NCBI GenBank assembly: GCA_964247055.1
Contig: OZ176057.1
Span: 4,340,001 to 4,404,000 of the forward strand
Length of the DNA: 64,000 nt
From: Paragordius varius
Taxonomy: Eukaryota > Animalia > Nematomorpha
Reading direction: 5' to 3'
Shown: positions 50,452 through 62,290 of the stretch, one piece after another
Layout of the letters: every line of letters starts with the position of its first letter
Position numbering within the stretch: the stretch's first letter is position 1
Made by a program: the position numbers and the translations under genes
The notes under the pieces: generated by a model
Seen by the model: the letters and a program-made list of their open reading frames with translations, nothing else
What the model was told of the DNA's origin: nothing
Database searches by the model: none

Positions 50452-51545
50452 TTCTTTTATCGGAACTTCCCAAAGAAAGTATTGGGACTCTGAATAATAC
50501 GGTGTACAAAATTAGTCCTGAAGAATAACTTGATGAAACAAATATATAATCTGGAAAAATGTATCAAGATTATCATGGTGATTTTGGTTTTGGCCTTCAC
50601 CATTATCAAACGGAAAATTTAATAAATATATTCTATATAAATAAAAGGCACAAACAAAGTCTTCCAAAAATTAAATGAATATTTGAAACACAACATTATT
50701 GGAGTTGGGTGCGCCCCTCACATTATCCACAATTCCATACAAACCGCGGCGGATTTGCCTTCTATCGATTTTAAACATTTATCAAAAAATTTATTCATAT
50801 TTTCTATTTGTACTATTCGCATTAAAGCAATAAAGGCTTTTGTTTAGAATCCGAAACTGAATACAAAAAATATAAGGTTATTGTAAAACTCGATAGTTGG
50901 CATTATTACCCGTTGACTCAAAATCTTTAAAAGACAAATGCGCAGAGAACGACCTTATAAAAGTTATGTTCCCATTATGTTTCGTAAAGATTTAAGTAAG
51001 CTCGAGGATAATAGATTGATTAATTAAAATACATTTTTATGAAGTAAAAGCATTTAATACGAATCATTATGATTATTTAACAGCATGGTCAATTCGACGA
51101 TAATTAAGTTCTCCTCGATTGATTGTTCGAAGAGATATTGAAAATGATTTTCTAATTTGTTTTATTGATGAAATTGAACTTTTTGATGAAAGAATTTATA
51201 GGAAATTATGCGTGGAAGAGAAAAAGATACATGAATGGATCAAAAGTGTTTAATACTGATTTAAGGTGGTTAAAAATTTTTACCAATTTTTTACATAAAT
51301 TGTCCGGTGTGAAAATTTAATAAGTTTAATTTAATTAGCTATTTGTCTACCTAGACCAAGCGGCTACCGAAAGAGTTTTTTCGTTGATAAAAAAATATGG
51401 ACTACGGAAAAAATACAACTCACAATAGATACCTTGAAAGCAATATTGTAATAGTCAAACATAATATAGAAGAAATTGTGAATCTTTTTTCGATAACATT
51501 TCACAAACACTAAATTATTGGGAGAAATACATAAATCCAAAAAAT
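50452..51545 (+). pseudogene. hAT transposase relic (copy B paralog)
   Basis: Duplicate of 42400-43495. Confidence 0.75.
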
Positions 51546-53886
51546 ATATAAATTGTTAACTTTTGGACATTATTATTACTATTAAAAATAATTAAGTATT
51601 AATAATATATGTCACATATACCATTGATTGGATAGACCCATAACTATTTAATTATGTTTGAATTTTACACTGTAGCAAAGTCGGTATTTAAATAACTTTC
51701 TATCGAGGCCCCTACCTTTTTTTCATCAACGCATACTTTTATCTGCTGTCAAATAGCCATAACTTATCAAAAATCTTTGAAACAGAACTTTCAAACGTGT
51801 GTGAATAATTTTATCTAGCAACATCATATAATTCCCTCTATTTTTGTTATCATATATTTGTTAATAATATTGTTTTTAGCAATTTTGTTAGCATTTTTTT
51901 AAAACAAACATACCATTATAATATTGTTGTATATCCATATATATATAACATATGATATAATTATATGTACATACATTTATATTAAGTTTTTGTTGGATAT
52001 TTTAATTGTTTCTAATGAGATAAATAGTAACGAACAAGATAATTTAATATAAAACACCAAAAATCTGGTGTAACAAATAGGCAAAGTATGTTTTAATTTT
52101 GTACTGCGTCAGGGTATAAAATATCTTGTCGCATTATTCTAAAACGGGCTAGGTTTAAACGCAAAAACCGTATTTTGCAACTTAAATAGTTTTGCAAAAA
52201 AATTTAAAATGCATAGTTTTAGAAATTCAATTTTTAGCAAAATTTTGTCGGAGCATGCCTACTTTTTTAGGAATGATGGAAATAAAAACACTTTTAGATA
52301 CTTTAAAAACATTTTTCCACATAACTGATAATGGTGAACATGCCTTAAAATTTTATTTAGGTTCATTTATTTTCAAATTTTGGTAAATTTTTATATAAAA
52401 ACACAATCTATATTTGACATAAATTTGAAGCCAAACGAATATAATTGGAGGCGATAGAAATGTTGCGCATATTTAATATGTTTTTATAATATTTAAAAGC
52501 GTTTTTATACGTTTTTATGCCTAAAAAGGATTAAGTATGCTTCGGCATTTAACTGTTTGCTAAAATTTTTTGTTTTTTATGTCAAAACTCAACATATGAA
52601 TATAATGCCCAATCCCGGCCTTTTACCTTTGTTTTAAAAGCTGGCCCGTTTTAAGAAAGCAAAAAAATGGGACTTTAGGAGTGGACTCTATATAGTTAAA
52701 TCAAACATGGTGCTGCTAAACCACTCAAAATGTAACAGTATTAGCTTTAGCAACCAAGCTAATGCATAATGATAAAATATTTATATCATTTATAAATGCG
52801 CCTATCGTCATCTTTGCAAAAACTGTTTTTTTTAATCTGGTAGATCTGGTGGCTATTAAAAAAAATTTTTAATGTATAACATTTGGCATTTAAACGACTT
52901 TTTTTATTTAGTGGTGAAGGGGGGTGGGGAAATATGTTTGGAGATGAGTTTAAACTATGCACTTTACAAAAAAAACTTATCAAAGTTCTATATAAAGTGA
53001 TGAAAAGAAGCTAAAATACTAATGTTTTTTTAAACAATTAACTTTTGATGGTCTTATAAAACAATACATATATAACTATTATACCTGAGACAACTGCAAG
53101 GATTAATATTAGTATAATCTTCATTTTTGATTGTATCGAGGTAAAAATACAAAAATAATATTAAAATATATTAGGGAGGATTAACGCGTATCCTAAGTAA
53201 TAAGTATACGATTAAATGGTTGGTGTACGTGTATAGTATATAATTTATGTTTATATAAACTTATCTAAACGCCAAAATTCTCCGAATTACAGTACTCTCT
53301 ATCAAATTTTCTATCCCTATAACTAATAAGAGCTATTAAATATAAACATATCCTTATTAAATAACATACAAAATTTATTAAGATATATTATTAAACCTTG
53401 ATATGCAAAGCTCAACAAAATTTTTATTCAGTTTTATTACAATATCTAAATATAAAAACGTTCGAATTTTATCTGCTTATATATTCTAGTTTAAATTATA
53501 TTACTAATATATTACATTTATAAATTTTGAAATATTTATCAATTTTAAGTTGTAACTTTATTGAAATTCTTGGTCCTATTTATATTTTAATGTAAATGGT
53601 TGTAAATATTAAAAAGGAACAAATGAGTTAGCTTACACTTTATTAAGTATTCTTTTCTGCTCTTACGGTTTGGCAAAATTTTATGCACCACGGTTAAAAC
53701 TTTAGATATTGGAGATTAATTATATGCAGTAAAAATTGAAAATTTACGGGCAAAACAAAAAAAATAAAATTTTTTATACAATATAATCATGCTTTTTACA
53801 TTATTTAATTTAACTCATTATTTAAAATTGCCACGTATGGATAGAGATGTGTCATTGGTAACAATCAACCATATAGTTTTTAATAA

Positions 53887-55558
53887 TCTATATATTTATA
53901 AAAATGGAAAATGCTGGCTTTGTGATCTGGTACAGGAAAACCGGTAGACCCAATCAAATCCAAATATCGAAAAAATATAATCATTAATAAATGTCCCGAC
54001 AATAGCTTCGCCCTTTTTTTGAAATAGGCCCCCAGTTCGGGCCCACCCCGTATGAAAAACGGGTTTTTTTTGAAAACAGAAGTCCACGAAATCGTGTTTT
54101 TGAGACAATTTTCCGGAGAACGTGTTGGACCATTCAATTTCAAATATAATTTTTGTCTACTTATTTTCGATTGCGCCGAACATAGTCGAGCCACTTTTTT
54201 GATTTAGGCCCTCTTTTTACCCGCTCCCCCCGTAAAATGCCATTTTTTTCAAAAAACAAAGTCCACAAAAATAATTTTTTAAATCGATTTTTCGCCCTAG
54301 GTATGAGACCGTAAAAATTCTATATGGATTCCACGTATTCCCTGTTAAAAGGCAAAAATTTTAGTCTACCGTTTATTTGATGATAGCTGCTGGGTAAGGA
54401 GCTACCCGCTAAAAACTGATTTTTCATATAACTTTGTGATCTGTTTCCGGAAAACCGGTGAACCCAATCAAATCCAAACATCGAAAAAATTTAATCATTA
54501 ATGAATGCCCCGACAATAGCTTCGCCCTTTTTTGGAATTAGGTCCCCAGTTCGGGCCCACCCCGTGTGAAAAATGGGTTAAGTCAATTTTTTGGAGAACG
54601 TGTTGGACCATTCAATTTCAAATATGAATTTTGTTTACTTATTTTTGATCGCGCTGAACATAGTCGAGTCACTTTTTTGATTTAGGCCCTCTTTTTACCC
54701 GCTACCCCCGTAAAATGCCATTTTTTTCAAAAAAAAACAAAGTCCACAAAAATATTTTTTTGATTGTATTTTTTTGTCCACGGTATGAGACTGTAAAAAT
54801 TCGAGAAAGATTTTTCGTATTGCCTGTTAAAAGGCAAAAATTTTAGTCAAGCGTTTCTTTGATGATAGATGCTGAGTAAGGAGTATCTATCATATGCATA
54901 GCATGTTAAAAGATATATGGATATTAATACATTATTTATCCTCATCTATATATTTATAAAAATGGAAAATGCTGGCTTTGTGATCTGGTACAGGAAAACC
55001 GGTAGACCCAATCAAATCCAAATATCGAAAAAATATAATCATTAATAAATGTCCCGACAATAGCTTCGCCCTTTTTTTGAAATAGGCCCCCAGTTCGGGC
55101 CCACCCCGTATGAAAAACGGGTTTTTTTTGAAAACAGCCACGAAATCGTGTTTTTGAGACAATTTTCCGGAGAACGTGTTGGATCATTCAATTTCAAATA
55201 TAATTTTTGTCTACTTATTTTCGATTGCGCCGAACATAGTCGAGCCACTTTTTTGATTTAGGCCCTCTTTTTACCCGCTCCCCCCGTAAAATGCCATTTT
55301 TTCAAAAAACAAAGTCCACAAAAATAATTTTCTAAATCGATTTTTCGCCCTAGGTATGAGACCGTAAAAATTCAATAAAGATTCCACGTATTCCCTGTTA
55401 AAAGGCAAAAATTTTAGTCCACCGTTTATTTGATGATAGCTGCTGGGTAAGGAGCTACCCGCTAAAAACTGATTTTCATTCAAATCCAAACTTCGAACCC
55501 CCCCCCAGAAGTCCGAAGGACTTCCTCGGGCTGCGTAGCAGCACGAGATTCACGCTAG
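53887..55558 (+). mobile_element. Composite non-autonomous Helitron, private to copy B
   Basis: A|TC start, CTAG|T end and no TSD against the empty site TAATAA|TATAAC at about 45848. GC-rich hairpins at 55508-55524 and 55525-55547 end 11 nt from the terminus. Second 5' end at 54945. Confidence 0.93.
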
Positions 55559-58186
55559 TATAACATAAAATAATAAATTAAAAAAGTATGGTTATTTTTT
55601 ATAAATTAAGTATAACGTTTTGTCCCTATAATTTGAATTTTTTATGTAATCATCAGTTTGTCAATATTATTTAACAGAATGTTGATAAAATAAAATATTT
55701 TAGCTTTATATATAATATCTATGGGCTGTTGTAGTAGCGATTTTAGAGAATACAAAGATGATAGGTTGTAAAAAAGATAAGATTTTCTCAAAGTTTAAGC
55801 TTTCTAAGGCTATTAATCCTACGTGTTTCGATCTAAGGATTTCTTTGGTGTACACCTTAAAAAAATGATTTTTATCTTAATACAATAATCTATATTCTAT
55901 TATTATTTGTAAATAGTTTTAGCCTTTTCACAGCCAAAATTTGGTCGGTGCTGTATTTAACGGCTACATATATTTTTTCATATTGATTTTATATATCCTG
56001 TGCGGAAAATTTTGCACTTTCTATACTAATCATGATCAATGTTCGTAAAATTTTATAGTGTCATGTACGCAGATGTAAATTTTAAGTAATATATATCAGT
56101 GGTACGTATCCAAAAAATTTACTTTTTAAATTATTTTTTGTTTTAAGAGTTGTTACACTACAATACAGACAATATTGCATAGCTGTTTACTTGAAATCTA
56201 ACTCAGATACGTCAAATAAAATAGTCTGGCTAACCCGCATTTTCAATTTAACGGCCATCTCATTAAACAAATACTACTAGGGACTTAATAAATATTATCC
56301 TATCTTAATCATGGCTGTAATTAGTCATATTACATATATTATTAATTTGTATTCCATTGCCAAATTAAAATGTTAACATTTGCCTACGTGTTTTTATTAA
56401 TTAAATTATCTAAAAATTTAAATTTAGTTTCTTGTTTTTGTTTATAAAAAAATTGATGAATGATATTTTACATAGAGAACTCATAGTAAACGAAATCTAA
56501 TTTAAGGGTAATATTTTCCAGACTTAAAAATTAACGGCTTGAAAATAGAACTTTAACAAGCAAAATAGAGATAAAACAAAGTAAACATATTTTTGTTACA
56601 ATTAAACCACAACATCGGTAAGCAAAAATATTCTGATAAATAACTTAGTTTGCTATTGCCTTAGTGCTACAACACTTTTAGACAGCTACTTTATATAAAA
56701 TAATCACAAAATTAAAGTATTATTTTATTTTATTAAAAATAGTTTTTATTAAATATTTAAGTAACCTCGTTATATTTAAAAAATGGCCAACAATATATAT
56801 ATGATAATGAACATTTTTTCAACTCAAAAATATTAATTCATTTCGAGTTTTTATTAATTATAGGAAGCTCTTTTTTGAATCTAATCAGGAGGATGAATTT
56901 TTAAATAACATGAGTTAATTGGTTTAATTCAAGAAATATGTGATTTTATAATCTGGTAAAGTTTTTTTATACCGTTTCTACCATGTCGAAATTCCATTAA
57001 TTACATCTATTTTTGTTAAAGATTAAATCTCTAAACCAAATTTTCTTTTATATAAAAGTAATATGTAATAAGATAATTATTCCATATTTCGGCCACTGCT
57101 TTATTTATTCTGGTTTGGCTATTCCCGCTTATGCAAAGTTCCACAAAACAACTTTAAAATTATATTCATAAACCAGATGACAAAAAAATTAAAAAATAAA
57201 TAATATATTGTGATATATTTATTTAATATAAATGTTAAGATATTGATAGTGAGTTTAGATAATAAGATTCAAAAAATAATTGATTATAGTTATAGAAATG
57301 ATTTTTTTTAGATTTGATTGTAATATAAACCTAAATTACATGATATAAAACTATTTATAAATTGTAAATTTTGTGTTTTTGGCATTATATAAGTCATCAT
57401 TGATTATTTTATAGCATAGTTTATAATTTATTCAACATCTAACGAAATTCATGTTTCCTTGGAGAGTTTCTATTAATGTATTTCAAAAAATATAGAGGTA
57501 AAACTATATGTAAGTCAATTATAAAAACACTAAATAATGGCTTATTAGGTATACATAGGTATACAGTATATATCCTTCATTATCTAAAAAATGTTTAAGG
57601 CAAATTTACAAGTTTAATTATATAGTAATTAAGGGTTTAATAATTCTAATTCAACAAATCGGAGCTGTTTGTTAATTACATACGCTCATAATTTAATAGT
57701 AAACCGGAATGACACACAAGTTGATATAAAAAACTGCTTATATTTATCATTTAGTATTCGGGTCGAGTTTCGTGTCTGGAAAAAAAATATCGATCGCTCT
57801 GTATTTTTTATGCATTTGTATAAAAATTTTATGATTTGGTGGAGTTATAACCAAAGTAGATTGAAATTGTGCATATGTAAATTTGTAGGCACTTTGATAT
57901 AAAAATTATTTGATAATGGCCCACAGTGGCGTACCGATGGGGGGGGCAAAGCGGTGCATCATGCCCCGGGCGCCGTTATTTAGGAGCGCCTAAATGATCA
58001 TTTTAAATTAAAATTAAATTATTCAAAAATAATAATAACTTTCAGGTAAGATTTTGCAACAATTTACGTAATAATCCCTAAAACAATATAAAAATTATAT
58101 AAATGAGATCAAAAGCAAACATTGTGCAAAAATAAACTTTCATATATGAATTCCCTTCAACATGTGCCAACCATTTTTTCGCTTAA

Positions 58187-59300
58187 CACTTGGATAAAAC
58201 ACATTCATTTCAGTCCTTCGATATAAATTGGGGTGGTTGGATACCCCTGGCCTGTTTAGATTAATTACTTTAAAAACTATCAATGGATGAAACCATAGCA
58301 AAAGTTTGCATTTTATAACCAATGTACCGAAATGTTTAAAAAAATTTATTCAAAAATACTTGATATAACATATTTTAAATTAAAACTCAAAGCTAAAAAT
58401 TTAGTCAATATATGTGTGTTTTAGCAAAATTAAAAAATAATACAAAATAAACCATTTCTGTTTCTATCAGTGATAGATGGGATTTAACACTTCGATTCAA
58501 ATTGGTGGTATATAAATACTCCAGACTAAATTTAAAATAATATTTTCAAAAAACTACTGAAGCAAACAATCCCAATTTAAATTTATGTTTCTATCCTTAT
58601 AAAAATTATATAAAAAAACCAAAACATCTAAATTAAATTTCGTTTTGAAAAAAAGTTCCATGTCAAACTACTTGGACGCCATTTATAATTTAAAAAAATT
58701 ATGCAAAATATTGTGGTTTGATTCTAACGTTAAAATTAAAGCTAATTTCTTATTTAAATTACATCTAACATTGATAGAAATAGAAAGAGTGGTTCATATT
58801 GTATTATTATTCAATTTAGCCAATGCGCATATGTTACATTGATTGAATTTTTAACATTGGGTTTTACAATAAAAAAAGAAATATCAAGTATTTTTGAAAA
58901 GAATTTTTTATAAATTTCGGTTTATCAATGTTATATAGGTGCATTGCCATGGTTTCGATTCCTTCTATATATTATAATTTATTTAATTTAAAACAGGCCT
59001 GAAATACCCCAATTTTAATTGAAGGACTGAAATGAATGTCTTGTATCCAAGTGTTAAATAAAAAATTAGCTTAAATATTCGCTTTAAATTAAATAAACAT
59101 GATATTTTGTAAAAATGGTGTCGAACTAGTTTGATATGTAACTTTTTTTAAAACTAAATTTTATTTAAATATTTCGGCTTATTTATATAATTTTTATTAT
59201 TATAGAAGGATAAATTTAATTTGGAACCGTTTAGTTCAGTTTTTTAAAAATATCAACTTAAATATCTGCCTATTTTGATATCCGAATGTGAATCGAAGTG
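58187..59300 (-). mobile_element. piggyBac-type MITE interrupted by a member of its own family
   Basis: TTAA|CACTTGGATA at 58187 and GAATCGAAGTG at 59300. The halves join across the inner element at a TTAA. Confidence 0.8.
58488..59053 (+). mobile_element. piggyBac-type MITE (inner, opposite orientation)
   Basis: TTAA|CACTTCGATTC ... TATCCAAGTG|TTAA. The family consensus has a single TTAA at this site (GATGTGATTTAAATAAAAAATTAGC). Confidence 0.85.
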
Positions 59301-59542
59301 TTTATAAACGTTTCTTTCTCACGCACATATTGTTAATTCCTTTTTGTATTTAATTATTTTTTTTCTCTTCAAAACCTATCACCTATTCTTATAATTATAA
59401 TTGCTTTTTATTTTAATCATATTCAATTTTAAAATCCAATTTTATTTATTTAAATGCCCAAGATCATTCATCTCTAACAAGGTAGGTTTTTATTATTATA
59501 GCCTTGTATTTTTATAATTACTTTCATTTTCATCAGATATCA

Positions 59543-60310
59543 ATGCTTAAACTCAGCGGTTACGCAAGTAGGAAACGAAAAATCCAGGAAGAGAATAAAA
59601 CAATCAAAATGCGAATGAATATGAAATCTCATAACGGAAATATTTAACATAACATTAAAAAAAATGTATGGCGACACAAACATAACGGTACCCCTAATAA
59701 TAATAACTTAAATAAAACCTTAGTTATTAATCCAATAAATAGAGATGAGTAAACTACAAATATACCACTAGTTATTCCAAGCGCTAATATAGTTTAATGA
59801 TGTCACCATTATAAAATTTACTAATAATAATGTTCCCGTAATATCCAATCAACTTCGAACAAAAATGACTATTCGTGATCATGGATTTTAAAATAAATGC
59901 AATCTCTTTTAAACAAAAAATCATCGTTCAATGCCCCAATCTTGGTTTTTTCCACGTGTCGGTTAAAAAGAAGGATGAAGTATAGAGGTCTGGGCTTTTA
60001 TATTCACAAATGAACAAATTTGTTTTTGTTGCTAACTTTTTGATAGACTTAATTCCATCATCTTTTATAACTATGCATGGTTTTAATAAATGGAGGAAAA
60101 AAGATAAATTAATCCATCTGAAAATAGCCTCAATCATCGGAAAGCATTTACTACTTGGAAAGAGGCAGAAAGAAGATTGATAAATAGAGGAATTGATTCT
60201 GCTATAGAAGCTCATATACAATCGGAAAAAGATCGATGGCGAAATATTTTACATCGAATATTGGCCTGCATGAAATTTCTAATCACCCAAAACATCCCCT
60301 TCGAGGACAT
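59543..60310 (+). pseudogene. 5' part of a ZMYM1/DUF4371-type hAT transposase
   Basis: MLKLSGYASRKRK.., decayed TTF-type zinc finger, GFNKWRK, then ENSLNHRKAFTTWKE..IDSAIEAHIQSEKDRWRNILHRILACMKFLITQNIP..RGH. Truncated there. Confidence 0.85.
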
Positions 60311-61151
60311 GTATGTCCTTATATATGGTTTTTAAGTTGCAACGTTTGTGTTTTTTAACTAAATTTTTATTAACTCTCAAAAAGAGAAAGGGCGGGGGGC
60401 GCCATAAAAGTTTTATGCCCCGGGCGCCGCAAACGCTCGGTACGCCCCTGATGGCCCATCAATCAAATGGCGAACATTAACAAAAACTATGAGTGAAATA
60501 TATGTATGAAAAATGGGATTAATAAGCTTGATAAGTTTATCCCACATGCACCAATATAAATAACTTTGATGAGCTTTAATATCAAGAATTATGGCTTATG
60601 CAAAAGTAGCTTTATTTTATATATTGGTAAAAAAATTTGCAAATCTATTCCATATACAACAAATCTAAATGACTCTTGCAACAAAATTCTCAATGTGTCA
60701 TAAGACCAGGTTGTACTTATTTGAAGCCAACACGTACACAGGTCATCGGCAACAAATAGCTTAAATTTTGGATTTATTGTAAAAACTTGGCAAGTTTTTC
60801 ATCAATAGCTCATATCAATAAAAGCAGTAATGTTGCTTGTTTAAGACGTATTCTACTTTATTTCTCCTATACAGGAGTCAGCTGATAGAGCTGGGCTGTA
60901 ATCATCTCTACTTTAACAATGGCATATTATATTATTTCCGGTGATACTCATATATTATCTTAGAAATGGGCGAAATGAGTGTACGATGTTTAATATTTTT
61001 CTAAAAATGACTTTTTGTAATCATATACGCTTGGATATCATATCGTTATTACTATAATTTTATCAAAAACTTTATTTTTAATTTTATAGCTAAATTTAAA
61101 AACCATTTATTATAATAGCATATTTTTATGAAAAAAATGATATGGTTTTAA

Positions 61152-61615
61152 CACTTCGATTCAAATTGGGGTATCATACCCAGACTTAATTTAAGTTAGG
61201 ATTTTTAAAAAACTACTGAAGGAATTGGTCCCGATTTAAATTTATGCTTCTATCCTAATAAATATTAGATAAATATGCCAAAATTTCTAAATAAAATTTT
61301 GTTTAAAACATGTCAAACTACATCAGCGCATTTTTATAAAATTTTTACAAAATATCGTTTTCATTTAATTTTAAGGGTAAAATTAAAGCTAATTTTTTAT
61401 TTAAATCTCATCTAACATTGATAGCAATAGAAAAAGCGGTTTATTTTCAATTATTTTTCATAATAATTGCACATATACGTTGACTATATTTTTACCTTTA
61501 AGTTTTAGCTTAAAAAGAGCAATAGTATTTTTAAATGAAAGTTTTTATATATTTCGGTTTATTAATGTTATATAAGTGCAAAATTTTGCCATGGTTTTGA
61601 TTCCTTCTATATTTT
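61152..61615 (+). mobile_element. piggyBac-type MITE (copy C paralog, right end deleted)
   Basis: TTAA|CACTTCGATTC start; cut by the copy C deletion. Confidence 0.75.
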
Positions 61616-61619
61616 TTAA

Positions 61620-62290
61620 AATATAAGGTTATTGTAAAACTCGATAGTTGGCATTATTACCCGTTGCCTCAAAATCTTTAAAAGACAAATGCGCAGAGGA
61701 CCTTATAAAAGTTATGTTCCCATTATGATTCGTAAAGATTTAACTAAGCTCGAGAATAATAGATTGATTAATTGTAATACATTTTTATGAAATAAAAGCT
61801 TTTAATACGAAACATTATGATTATTTAACAGCATGGTCAAAGCAATTCGAAGATAATTGGGTTCTCCTCGATTAATTGTTCGAAGAGATATTGAAAATGA
61901 TTTTTCTAATTGTTTTAATGATGAAATTGAACTTTTTGATGAAAGAATTTATAGGAAATTATGCGTGGAAGAGAAAAAGATACATGAATGGATCAAAAGT
62001 ATTTAATACTGATTTAAGGTGGTTAAAAATTTTTACCTATTTTTTACATAAATTGTCCGGTGTGAAAATTTAATAAGTTTAATTTAATTAGCTATTGTCT
62101 ACCTAGACCAAGCGGCTACCGAAAGAGTTTTTTCGTAGATATAAAAAATATGGACTACGGAAAAAATACAACTCACAATAGATACCTTGAAAGCAATTGT
62201 AATAGTCAAACATAATATAGAAGAAATTGTGAATCTTTTTTCGATACATTTCACAAAACACTAAATTATTGGGAGAAATCCAAAAAATAT
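61620..62290 (+). pseudogene. hAT transposase relic, 3' part (copy C paralog)
   Basis: Colinear with 42820-43495. Confidence 0.7.

Larger units (their letters stand above)
47755..57457 (+). repeat. Tandem array unit copy B (about 8.03 kb plus a Helitron insertion)
   Basis: Near-identical to copy A over most of its length (offset about 8050 up to the Helitron); more divergent at both edges. Confidence 0.95.
57924..60450 (+). mobile_element. hAT element (Tip100/ZMYM1-like), internal-deletion derivative, private to copy C
   Basis: TIRs CAGTGGCGTACCGA / TCGGTACGCCCCTG and a perfect 8-bp TSD ATGGCCCA (57916-57923, 60451-60458). Empty site at about 40145 and 48190. Confidence 0.95.

Noticed and set aside
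53880-55489. Cluster of overlapping minus-strand ORFs
   Set aside because: They arise from the GC-richer Helitron subunits, with frames shifting between copies and no Rep/helicase motifs.
57548-57565. GGTATACA-TA-GGTATACA as a hAT excision footprint
   Set aside because: Copy A has the same 10-bp tandem (AGTATACATAGGTATACA) upstream of the element, so this is the unmodified empty site.
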